Positions 38,177 through 46,191 of a stretch of DNA of 56,723 nt are shown here, one piece after another (the stretch's first letter is position 1; the number at the start of each line of letters is the position of its first letter). The stretch spans positions 1 to 56,723 of the forward strand of contig DATFWU010000242.1 of the NCBI GenBank assembly GCA_035259005.1, given 5' to 3'. This DNA comes from Candidatus Eiseniibacteriota bacterium (GTDB lineage Bacteria > Eisenbacteria > RBG-16-71-46 > DASYSL01). The translations under genes were made by a program, and so were the position numbers. Under the pieces are notes generated by a model. The model was not told the DNA's origin. It ran no database searches and worked only from the letters and a program-made list of their open reading frames with translations.

Positions 38177-38767
38177 ATGGAACCGCGCGATCCCTCCGCC
38201 GAGCGCTCCCGCCTGCTCGCCATCCTGATCGAGCGCTCTCTGCGCTTCGGCAAGTTCAAGCTCGCCTCGGGCGCTGAAAGCGATTTCTACGTCGATGTTC
38301 GCAAGACCAACCTCGACCCCGAAGGCGTGCGCCTCGTGGCCCGCTTGCTCGCTGACCTGTCCGGGCTCGGTGCTCCCCATGGTCCGAACGCGGTCGGCGG
38401 ACCGACGCTTGGCGCCGATCCCATGGTCACGGCCCTCGGGCTCGAAGCTCTGGCGCGCGGGGCCGCCGTCGACTGCTTCCTCGTGCGCAAGGAAGCCAAG
38501 GGCCACGGCACGGGGAGCCGCATCGAGGGCAATTTGTCTTCGGGAGCGCGCGTCCTCTTGGTGGACGACGTTCTCACCCAGGGCGGCTCGCTCGAATCCG
38601 CGGCCGCCGCCGTGCGCGAATCGGGAGCGCAGGTCTCGGCCTTCGGCTGCGTGGTGGACCGCGAAGCCGGAGGCCGCGCTCGTCTCGGGCAGAGCACCAT
38701 CCCCGTGCACGCGCTCTACACCCTCGCCGAGCTCCTCAAAGCCGCCGGCCGACCGCTTCCCTCCTAG
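38177..38767 (+). CDS. pyrE: Orotate phosphoribosyltransferase
   Basis: ATG at 38177 (residue 66 of the track ORF). 196 aa with FKLASGAESDFYVD and the PRPP-binding loop VLLVDDVLTQGGS. Confidence 0.9.
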   Translation: MEPRDPSAERSRLLAILIERSLRFGKFKLASGAESDFYVDVRKTNLDPEGVRLVARLLADLSGLGAPHGPNAVGGPTLGADPMVTALGLEALARGAAVDCFLVRKEAKGHGTGSRIEGNLSSGARVLLVDDVLTQGGSLESAAAAVRESGAQVSAFGCVVDREAGGRARLGQSTIPVHALYTLAELLKAAGRPLPS

Positions 38768-38776
38768 GCGTCCGAT

Positions 38777-38791
38777 CGCCCAAGTTGGGCG
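38777..38791 (+). terminator. Weak hairpin after pyrE (CGCCCA-AGT-TGGGCG)
   Basis: A 6-bp GC stem 10 nt after the pyrE stop, followed by GCTTTC. There is no real U-tract. Confidence 0.25.
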
Positions 38792-38855
38792 GCTTTCGCG
38801 CCGATCTACGGTGGGGTAGGCTCATAGGGGTAACGCGTCTCCCAGAGGAGTTTGC

Positions 38856-40535
38856 ATGTTCGAAGCCCATTTTGGGCTGCGGGAAAATCCGTTCTCCACG
38901 AGTCACGATCCCCGCTTCGTCTACCCCAGCCCCGAGCATCTCGAAGCCGTCGCGCACTTCCGCTACGGCGTTCAGAACCGCGAAGCGTTCGTCCTGGTGA
39001 CCGGCGAAGTCGGCACCGGCAAGACGACCGCCGTGCGCGATTTGACGGGCCGTCTTCCGCAGCAGGCGCACGTCGCCCTGCTGCAGAACACGGCCCTCTC
39101 GCGCCGCGAGCTGCTCGAAGAGGTGTGCCATCGCTTTGGCGTGCCCTGGGACGAGTCGCTCAGCAAGCCGGCTTTGATCGAGCGGCTCGAGAGGACCCTG
39201 GGTGAGCGCCTGGATCGCGGCGACACCTGTCTCCTCATCGTCGACGAGGCGCAGAATCTTTCGCCCGAATTGCTCGAGGAGGTGCGTCTCCTTTCCAACC
39301 TCGAGTGGCGTGGCGGCCATCTCGTCCACATCTGTCTCGCCGGCCAGCCCGAGCTCGAGGATCGCCTGGCGAGCCCCGAGCTTCGTCCCTTGCGCCAGCG
39401 CATCAGCGTGAAGTACCGCATCAAGCCGCTCGATCGTCAGGAGACCGAGCGCTACATCCAGCACCGTGTGCGCGTGGCCGGCGGCGACGCCGCGCGCGTG
39501 TTTCCGTTGGAAGCCTGCGCTGCCGTATACGCGATCACCAACGGCATCCCGCGCGAGATCAACATCGTGTCGGCGCAAGCGCTGCTCAACGCGTACGTCG
39601 ACGGCGCGCCTTGCGTGCGGCCTGAGCACGTGAAGCAGGTGGTGGACGAATTCGGATTCCGCAGCGTGCTCGCGGTCACCAAACCGGCCGAAGCTCCCGT
39701 GACTCCCATCACTCCGCAACCGCCCGCTCCCCCACCGCCGCCCCCGCCTCCAGCGCCCGTGACGACACGCGAGCCGGTGGCCGTGGTTCCGGTGGCGCAG
39801 CGTCCCGCGGTCGCCCCCTCGCCGCAGCCGACGAACCCGCCTCTGCCGCGCCCGGCCGCCCCTCCGCCGCCCCCCGTTCCGGCGTCTCCGCCCGCGCCCG
39901 TAGCGGTGGCAGCGCCTCCGGTTTCGCGCTCGATCGACAACTGGCGTGACCGCCCGATGACGGCCACACCGACCGCAGCGGCCGTCGCGACCGCACCCGC
40001 CATCCACCGCAAGGAGCGCGAGGAGTCGCGTCCCTTCTGGCGCGCGATTCCATCCTGGGTGGTCGGCGTGGTGATTTTCCTCGCCGCGATCGCCGTACTC
40101 GTCGCGACCGGTTTGCCTTCTTCGCTTTGGCGCGCGTTTTCGACGGGAGCGATGAAGGTGGAGGACTCCACGGCGCAGCCCGAGACGCCTCCGGCACCGG
40201 CGCCGACACCGGTCCGCAAATCCACGGCCGCTCCGCATCCTGCGTCCGCTCACGTCTCGGGCGCGATCATGCGATTTGGAATTCAGGTGGCTTCGTTCCA
40301 CAGGCAGGAGCGTGCGCAGCAGGCGCTCGCCGATTTGGAGAAGTCGAGCGGATTGACCGGACATGTCGACGCCGTGGCCCACGACCAAGGACCCTGGTAT
40401 CGCGTCGTGCTCGGCGATTATGAGAATCCGGAAGACGCCCGCGCCGAGGCGGAGCGCTTGGAAAAGAGCGGCCTCGTGCCCTCGGACCGCATGGTCGTGG
40501 CCCTCGAGAACGCCACGCCGCCAACCCATCCCTAG
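38856..40535 (+). CDS. ExeA/GspA-like AAA ATPase fused to a Pro-rich linker, TM segment and C-terminal SPOR domain
   Basis: 559 aa. N-terminus: FGLRENPFSTSHDPRFVYPSPEH, Walker A GEVGTGKT, Walker B LLIVDEAQ. A PPAPPPPPPPPAPV tract follows, then the hydrophobic span WVVGVVIFLAAIAVLVATGL. The C-terminus FGIQVASFHRQERAQQALADLEK...WYRVVLGDYENPEDARAEAERL is SPOR-like. Confidence 0.8.
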   Translation: MFEAHFGLRENPFSTSHDPRFVYPSPEHLEAVAHFRYGVQNREAFVLVTGEVGTGKTTAVRDLTGRLPQQAHVALLQNTALSRRELLEEVCHRFGVPWDESLSKPALIERLERTLGERLDRGDTCLLIVDEAQNLSPELLEEVRLLSNLEWRGGHLVHICLAGQPELEDRLASPELRPLRQRISVKYRIKPLDRQETERYIQHRVRVAGGDAARVFPLEACAAVYAITNGIPREINIVSAQALLNAYVDGAPCVRPEHVKQVVDEFGFRSVLAVTKPAEAPVTPITPQPPAPPPPPPPPAPVTTREPVAVVPVAQRPAVAPSPQPTNPPLPRPAAPPPPPVPASPPAPVAVAAPPVSRSIDNWRDRPMTATPTAAAVATAPAIHRKEREESRPFWRAIPSWVVGVVIFLAAIAVLVATGLPSSLWRAFSTGAMKVEDSTAQPETPPAPAPTPVRKSTAAPHPASAHVSGAIMRFGIQVASFHRQERAQQALADLEKSSGLTGHVDAVAHDQGPWYRVVLGDYENPEDARAEAERLEKSGLVPSDRMVVALENATPPTHP

Positions 40536-40543
40536 TCGTCGCG

Positions 40544-40565
40544 CGCGGGCGATTTGACGCCCGCG
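40544..40565 (+). terminator. GC hairpin after the ExeA-like gene (CGCGGGCG-ATTTGA-CGCCCGCG)
   Basis: A perfect 8-bp stem starting 9 nt after the stop. It has no U-tract and overlaps the -35 of the tRNA promoter. Confidence 0.3.
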
Positions 40566-40583
40566 AACCGCCGCACCTATACT
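40554..40583 (+). promoter_or_regulatory. Sigma70-like promoter TTGACG-N18-TATACT for tRNA-Glu
   Basis: -35 at 40554..40559 and -10 at 40578..40583. The tRNA 5-prime end is 33 nt downstream. Confidence 0.5.
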
Positions 40584-40616
40584 GCCGCTCGCTCCGCTAC
40601 GCGCCCCATTTGCAGC

Positions 40617-40690
40617 GTCCCCATCGTCTAGCCGGCCTAGGACCCCGCCCTTTCAAGGCGGAAACACGGGTTCGAATCCCGTTGGGGACA
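40617..40690 (+). tRNA. tRNA-Glu (anticodon UUC)
   Basis: Acceptor stem GTCCCCA/TGGGGAC, anticodon arm CCGCC-CTTTCAA-GGCGG (TTC), T arm ACGGG-TTCGAAT-CCCGT, discriminator A. CCA is not encoded. Confidence 0.9.
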
Positions 40691-40691
40691 T
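40671..40691 (+). repeat. att core copy 1 (tRNA 3-prime end) TTCGAATCCCGTTGGGGACAT
   Basis: Identical 21-mers occur at 47213..47233 and 50787..50807, all in the same orientation. Confidence 0.85.
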
Positions 40692-40833
40692 ACCCTTCCA
40701 TCTGTCTGCAAACCACTCGGAGCGAGTTCAAACCCAACGCTGAGAAGCGGATTGCTCGTAAGGCAGGCGAGGCGGAAGATCTCCTCCCGTGGGATCAGGA
40801 GCGATGCAGCTCGCCTGTACGGGAGGAGAGGGA

Positions 40834-41547
40834 ATGTCGTTGTTGCGCGAGGTGATCGCCGCACATGCACTGCGGTTCGAGCGGCCGATGCGCTCGACCT
40901 ACGATCCCGCGGTTGGCTCGCGCTTGCTGGTGGCTTTTGTGCTGGTAGGTCTGGCGTTGCAGCCTGCCCTCAGTTTTCTCGCGCGAGCCATAGGTCTCGC
41001 TCGGGAGCCTTGGGTGGGTTTGGCGATCGCAATCACACTCCTTACCGCTGTCGTCCTGGTGCTCCACCGGTTCGTTCGTGTAAGCGGCGGAGCCATCGGT
41101 TTGCACTCCTGGCGGGCTTGGACGCTGCGCGAGCGCATCTACATTTGGACAGTGGTCCCTCTAGCCGCTGTCATGTTCGGCATCCTATTTCGGGACCACT
41201 TTGCACGTCTGGCGGCAGTCCATGGCTGGATCGGCCTACTCGTGTTGACGGTGCCGACGGGGCTCCTCTGGGGCATGGTGCAGGAGTTCATCTATCGCGG
41301 CTTCCTGCAGACCGAACTCGTGCGACGTCTCGGTGGACTTTCGGGGATTCTGGTCGCCAATCTGGCGTACACCTTTGGGCCGCTACACTTCAGCTACCTC
41401 GGACTCGGTACGAACGCCGGAGCGCGGTGGGACATGTTCGCCGCGATCTTCGGCATCGGCTTATTCTTCGGCGTACTCTACAGGCGTTCGGGCAACCTCT
41501 GGATCCCTGCGGTGCTGCATGGGATGTGGCCACTCAACATGTCTTGA
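40834..41547 (+). CDS. CPBP-family intramembrane protease (CAAX/Abi type)
   Basis: ATG at 40834 with GGAGG upstream (residue 16 of the track ORF). It is multi-pass hydrophobic and has the motifs WGMVQEFIYRGFL, FGPLHF and AVLHGMWPLN. Confidence 0.7.
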   Translation: MSLLREVIAAHALRFERPMRSTYDPAVGSRLLVAFVLVGLALQPALSFLARAIGLAREPWVGLAIAITLLTAVVLVLHRFVRVSGGAIGLHSWRAWTLRERIYIWTVVPLAAVMFGILFRDHFARLAAVHGWIGLLVLTVPTGLLWGMVQEFIYRGFLQTELVRRLGGLSGILVANLAYTFGPLHFSYLGLGTNAGARWDMFAAIFGIGLFFGVLYRRSGNLWIPAVLHGMWPLNMS

Positions 41548-41614
41548 GAGCGCATCTTCCCGGGCTGCCGGCGACGCTCTCGAGAGGTTAGCGGTCGAGT
41601 TGAAACGCACCCGG

Positions 41615-42162
41615 ATGGACCTTGGCGCTTGGAAGTGGGCGATCGTCCTTGCTCACAACGCGACACAGAACGTTCTGGCCGATGCGGCTGGGTTCGATTG
41701 CCGCAAAGACACCAAGGAGATCGGCCGGGCCCTTAGCCAAGCTCGATTGGCCGTGAGCGAGGAGAGACACGGAGACTTTGCAGATGCGACTAACACCTAC
41801 ACCGAGGAGCTCCGGCGAGCGATCGGAAACGACGAGCCCACGGGAAGGTTGCTAGACTTTGTGGCCCTCTGGCAAACAGTCAAGACCGTGAGCGCATTGA
41901 AACGACCGTCGACGAAGACTCGCTGATCGAAAAGCTCAACCGTGAGCGGAACAAGTTTATCCATTTCGGAGCGGAACCGCTAACGATCGACCTTCGCAAC
42001 TATCCGAGTCTCGTGCTCAATGCCCTTCAGTTGATCCAGTTCCTTGTCTTTGAAAAGCGAATGTCCTTGTGGCTCGGTAGGGATGACGAGGCAACCAGGG
42101 CCGCCCTTGACGACTGTATCCGAACCACGTCTGAACTAATCGCCGAGTACGGCTCCCGTTGA
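41615..42162 (+). pseudogene. Frameshifted ORF with an RNxxxH (HEPN-like) motif
   Basis: Frame A (ATG 41615, stop 41924..41926) reads MDLGAWKWAIVLAHNATQNVLADAAG...LDFVALWQTVK. Frame B is open from 41794 to the stop at 42160..42162 and reads ...DRERIETTVDEDSLIEKLNRERNKFIHFGAEPLTIDLRNYPSLVLNALQLIQFLVFE...ELIAEYGSR. The two frames overlap over 41794..41926. One missing base near 41886..41890 would join them into about 182 aa. Confidence 0.4.
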
Positions 42163-42190
42163 GGAGGCCCCCGCTCGCAAAGTCTCGCAG

Positions 42191-43891
42191 TTAGCGGACC
42201 AGGACCGCCTTTGCTGTTGTTCCGCTTCCTGTAGCCCGCAGAAAATAGATGCCGTTCGCGAGTCGGCGTCCTGCGCCGTCCCGTCCATCCCAAACAAATG
42301 AATTGCCACTGCCGAAGGGCGCGTCGAACCGGGCGAGCAGCTTCCCTGCAACATCAAAGACCTGAAGGCGAGCTTTTTCGGGATGGTCACCGGCGTAATG
42401 AATCCTCCAGCCACCGGCGACCTCCTCACAGCGGAGCGAGTTCATCTCTGGATTCCGCACGGCGGCGCTGCCAGCAGTCTTGAGCTTTGCCAAGAAGTTC
42501 ACCGGCCGTCCCTGCACGCGCCCCGTGAGCACGAGATGTCCGCTGGCAAGCGCCTGCTCTTCTTCTGCACCCGGGGCGCGGAACCGAACATGCCAGCGCC
42601 CGCGACCGATACGCTTGATCTCCTCGGCGACCTGCAGGTCCTTCGCCGTGGCGCAGTTCATCATGCGCACAGAACCCGGTTGGATCTCGCCGTCGTCATC
42701 GAGTGTGACCGAGCCCCAGTGCCAGGGAGCGTTGCGCTGACCGGGCGCCGCGCCGTCCCATGCGAAGTCCGCTGGCTGCTCGATGCGCAGGAAGTACGCG
42801 TCCGAGCATGCGCCAATGGGAGCCCCACCAAAGGCGGTGCTCTCCGCGCCCGTCGTCACGAACATCTCGCCCGTACACGGGCAGTAGGCCCCGGCGGCGT
42901 CGTATCGGGCTCGCGATCGTTCTGGCCCGGCCAGAAGAAGGTCCCAGGTCTGCGAGGCAACGTCGAAAGCCCAGAGAGAATCGCTTGCCACCCCTCCCAG
43001 GCCATCCCGCCCCCCATACTGCAGGAAGATCCCCGAGACCGGGTCGTAATCGGACAAGGGCCAGGCCTGCCGCGCCGGACTTCCTGCGATCGCTCCCAAC
43101 CCTTGCCACGCTCCGTTTCGAGGGTCGAAAGCCCAGAGGGAATGGGGGGAGAGAGCCGCAGACTCCAGAAGGGTGGTAGAGAGCTCTGGAACCAAGTTTG
43201 GTGAGTCAAAGCAGCCTCGCGGGGGCGCTCCACCTCGAAGCAGAATCACTCCTCGCTGCGGGTCGAAGGGGGCGGCTGCCGATGTTGAACCGCCCGGAAG
43301 ATCACGCGGCGCCGCCGCCCCCCTCCACCGCAACTGCTCCTGATCGAAATGCGCGAAATACCAGTTGCAGGTGTTCGTTCCACACGCACCGAAGAACACC
43401 CAGGGATCGCCCGATCCCGTGTCGACGCTCATTCCGGAAAAGACTCCGGATGGAGCTCCGGGAGGTCCTGACGCGACGTGCTTCCATTGCTGTAATGACG
43501 CATCAAATCTCCACGGCCCGTCTGCGCATGTGTAATCCGGCTCCTTCCCCGGGACGTCGCCTCCGTACAGGTAGAAACCGTCCCCGCTTGCGTCAGCTGC
43601 CATACAGTGGGCAAGGCGTGGACCGGGCCAGGGATCGGATTTCGAAACTGACTCCCAACGCCCCGAAACGAGATCGTAGGACCAAAGGTCCTCGGTGGCA
43701 CGCAGGTCAGGGTCAGCGCTGGCGCCGGCGTAAAGAAGGATCTCCTGCCTCTTAGGGATCAGCACGGCACGCGCCACCACCCGCGGGCCACCGGGAAACG
43801 GCGCGGCTTCACGAAGGGTCTGGCCGAGCGCGATGACGGGAAAGAGGAGCGCGACGAGCGAGAGGAGAAGGTACCAGGGGATTCGCGCCAT
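42191..43891 (-). CDS. Kelch/beta-propeller repeat protein with T9SS-type C-terminal domain
   Basis: 566 aa with signal peptide MARIPWYLLLSLVALLFPVIALG and Kelch-like units (DLWSYDLVSGRWESV, GPRLAHCMAADASGDGFYLYGG). The C-terminus is ...RLQVFDVAGKLLARF...FVWDGRDGAGRRLANGIYFLRATG...AVLVR. Confidence 0.75.
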   Translation of the reverse strand: MARIPWYLLLSLVALLFPVIALGQTLREAAPFPGGPRVVARAVLIPKRQEILLYAGASADPDLRATEDLWSYDLVSGRWESVSKSDPWPGPRLAHCMAADASGDGFYLYGGDVPGKEPDYTCADGPWRFDASLQQWKHVASGPPGAPSGVFSGMSVDTGSGDPWVFFGACGTNTCNWYFAHFDQEQLRWRGAAAPRDLPGGSTSAAAPFDPQRGVILLRGGAPPRGCFDSPNLVPELSTTLLESAALSPHSLWAFDPRNGAWQGLGAIAGSPARQAWPLSDYDPVSGIFLQYGGRDGLGGVASDSLWAFDVASQTWDLLLAGPERSRARYDAAGAYCPCTGEMFVTTGAESTAFGGAPIGACSDAYFLRIEQPADFAWDGAAPGQRNAPWHWGSVTLDDDGEIQPGSVRMMNCATAKDLQVAEEIKRIGRGRWHVRFRAPGAEEEQALASGHLVLTGRVQGRPVNFLAKLKTAGSAAVRNPEMNSLRCEEVAGGWRIHYAGDHPEKARLQVFDVAGKLLARFDAPFGSGNSFVWDGRDGAGRRLANGIYFLRATGSGTTAKAVLVR

Positions 43892-44183
43892 GTCGGCCTC
43901 CTGACGCGACGGATGGATCTAAAGCTTATATCGCTTTCTTGCTTTGAACAAGACAGAATCCGAGAGCAGGCGCTCTGCTTCGGCACCCAGCAGGGAAGCG
44001 CCTTTAGAAAGGACACGTGGATTTTGGTCCCGGCGGTGAACGAGGGTTACTAGCGTCGTGCTCTTTCCTATGGCCCCCATCCACCCATACCGAGCGCCCG
44101 ACCATTGGGCCTGATCCCACCGCGCTGGTGAAATACAAGCACTCGAAGATGAGCACGTAACTGATCCACCCTCTACTCCCCGG

Positions 44184-44212
44184 TTGCGAGCTTTACACTA
44201 CTAAAGTAGTGT
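44184..44212 (+). promoter_or_regulatory. Promoter-like TTGCGA-N17-TAGTGT overlapped by the perfect palindrome ACACTAC-TAAA-GTAGTGT
   Basis: -35 at 44184..44189, -10 at 44207..44212, palindrome at 44195..44212. This is an AT-rich patch (48% GC for line 44161) about 60 nt upstream of the recombinase ATG. Confidence 0.35.
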
Positions 44213-44273
44213 TTAACCGATCACTCCTCTGCTTCGCGAATCCAATAGCTTACGAAGGCGAAGGAGGGTTCCC

Positions 44274-44858
44274 ATGAGCCCCAAAGGTAAAACTGAAGAC
44301 GGTCAGGAGATCCGCTGGCTCTCCCAGGACCAGGTGCGCCGTTTCCTAAACGCCATTCCGCAGGATGCGGTGCGGGACCGGCTGCTGTTCGCATTTCTGT
44401 ACCGGTTCGGCATGCGCGTGAGCGAAGCTTGTCTGCTCCCCGTTGAGGCTGTAGCCCGGAAACGCTGGGAGGTGACGATCCAGGGCCTCAAAGGTGGCCT
44501 CAGACGGACGTACACCGTGCCCCGAGACCTTCGGCCCTTGATCAAGTCGTGGAGGCCGTCAGGCGACACCTTCTTCGCCGGGAGGCAGGGTGGCTTGAGC
44601 CGGGTTCGGGTGTGGCAGCTCTTTCGCCAGTGCGCCGCCGAGGCGGGCATCCCGAAGGAATTCAATGTCCACAGCCTTCGACACTCGGCGGCCGTCCATG
44701 CGCTCGACGCTGGCCTGGCCACGGAAGACGTCCGCGACCTCCTTCGGCATCGTCGGCTCTCGACGACGGACGTCTACGCCAACCTGTCAACGCGAAGGCG
44801 CAATGACTACTTGGGGCGGCTGGAGCGGAGCGAGTCGATAGTCAAGATGCGCATGTGA
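44274..44858 (+). CDS. Tyrosine recombinase, catalytic domain only (194 aa)
   Basis: Catalytic residues in order: R (FGMRVSEA), K (GLKGG), HxxR (HSLRHSAA), H (LLRHRR), Y (TTDVYANL). RBS GGAGGG lies upstream of the ATG. There is no N-terminal core-binding domain. Confidence 0.85.
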   Translation: MSPKGKTEDGQEIRWLSQDQVRRFLNAIPQDAVRDRLLFAFLYRFGMRVSEACLLPVEAVARKRWEVTIQGLKGGLRRTYTVPRDLRPLIKSWRPSGDTFFAGRQGGLSRVRVWQLFRQCAAEAGIPKEFNVHSLRHSAAVHALDAGLATEDVRDLLRHRRLSTTDVYANLSTRRRNDYLGRLERSESIVKMRM

Positions 44859-45061
44859 AAGACGAACGACGGAAGCAGCCCAAGACCGGCGGCCTGCGCG
44901 GTTTGAGCGGCTGCAGGGCGAGCAGGAACTCCAGGCACCCGAAAACGGTAGAAGATTGGCAACCCGACACCTCGTGGGTGCCCTGGCCCCACCTACTCTT
45001 GATTGTGTCTCTAAACATCCGCCAGGGCAGCCCAGCCGCCATTCGCTTGGGATCGAAGAGA

Positions 45062-45685
45062 ATGACACTTGGGCCGCTTCTTCTCATTGCCGTGACTTGC
45101 GGAGCAGCCAACGCCTGCGCCAACGAGGCGCGCTCTACCGTCTCGTTGAGAATGGGGTATAGCTCGTCCTATGAGTTCAGCAACGATTGGAACCTCCCGA
45201 GTGAGGGCTCGAGCGAGTTCGTATACGAACATCCCTTGTCGAAACACGTCGTTCTCATGCCCTCGCTCGGGTATGCCCGGTATTCCGGCTCTCTTGGCAA
45301 TAACATCGGCGACAGTTGGAATGTCGCCGTGGACGTCGTGCCCGTGGGTCTCGGGCTAGCAGCCAGGACAGATCCGAGCCGCCCACTGGTATGGCGGGCT
45401 CGGGAGTCGTTGCTCTTGATCGGGTACCGCTGGAACTCCGAGCATTTCGGCATGTTTAGCGGCGACGTTTTCCCGCAGTTTGAGCATCGCGAAGAGTTGC
45501 TCCTAGGGCTGAAAATTGGTGGCGGGGTGGATCATTCAATTGGTTCGCATGGTGTCATTGGCGCTGGAATCGACTACCTTCTCAGCGAAGACATGGACGA
45601 AGGTCCAAGTTTCGGGCTTTCTGGCTTTGCCCATAAGGGATTGCGTCAATTCCAACCGTATTTGAGCTTGGGCTGGAGATGGTGA
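45062..45685 (+). CDS. Small predicted outer-membrane beta-barrel protein
   Basis: ATG at 45062 (residue 70 of the track ORF) gives the signal peptide MTLGPLLLIAVTCGAANACA. The protein has an alternating beta-strand pattern and the aromatic end ...YLSLGWRW. Confidence 0.5.
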   Translation: MTLGPLLLIAVTCGAANACANEARSTVSLRMGYSSSYEFSNDWNLPSEGSSEFVYEHPLSKHVVLMPSLGYARYSGSLGNNIGDSWNVAVDVVPVGLGLAARTDPSRPLVWRARESLLLIGYRWNSEHFGMFSGDVFPQFEHREELLLGLKIGGGVDHSIGSHGVIGAGIDYLLSEDMDEGPSFGLSGFAHKGLRQFQPYLSLGWRW

Positions 45686-46191
45686 TGACCTGGGGCGTCT
45701 GGGCCGGAGCCACGCAAGTCAAAATGCGCAGGAGAGAGACAAGCACGTAAGCAATAGGCACACTGCCCTCATCTGACGGGTTTCCTCTGTGTCTTCTCTC
45801 TGCCCCTCTCCCTGTCCACCAATGCCGGGTATCTCCCCACTCAGCCCTGCGCGCGCAAGACAAGCATCGCTTCGCCGTCGACGCCGTTGGAAGACAACCT
45901 CCACATCCAGGACAGTGCCGAAGGCGGTTTGCAGCCTGCCGCTTATGATGCGCAACCATCAGCTCCATCAGCTTCCTGGTGTCGGGCGTGCGACGTCGGG
46001 ATGGCCTCACGTATCGGACGTGCTTCCACATTCCTTCATCCCTCCCTGACTCGAGGATGCGACTCGGAGCATTCTGAGGATTGTGCGATTAGTGAGAGGC
46101 AGTCTCCGGCCCAACGCCGACCGTTGCGGGAATTGCTCGGTTCGAAGACCTGAGCTAGATTTTCTGCCGCACCTCGCCCACCGAAGTTGAC

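Noticed and set aside
39700-39960. A C-rich, repetitive-looking DNA tract (ccgccgcccccgcctcc…).
   Set aside because: It encodes the Pro/Ala-rich linker of the ExeA-SPOR protein in frame. It is not a CRISPR array, tandem repeat element or mobile-element end.
43892-44273. An invertible promoter segment flanked by inverted repeats between the Kelch gene and the recombinase gene (a fim-switch-like arrangement).
   Set aside because: Only short (4-5 bp) local hairpins and the single 7-4-7 palindrome were found by eye. There is no pair of separated inverted repeats of 9 bp or more. A computational inverted-repeat search would be needed to exclude it.
45582-46031. A 149-aa minus-strand ORF with a CPGCGGC…CLSC zinc-ribbon-like segment.
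   Set aside because: It overlaps the 3-prime 100 nt of the barrel gene, is Arg-rich and has no RBS. A short zinc-ribbon protein starting at MELMVAHH cannot be excluded, but the sequence alone gives it no support.
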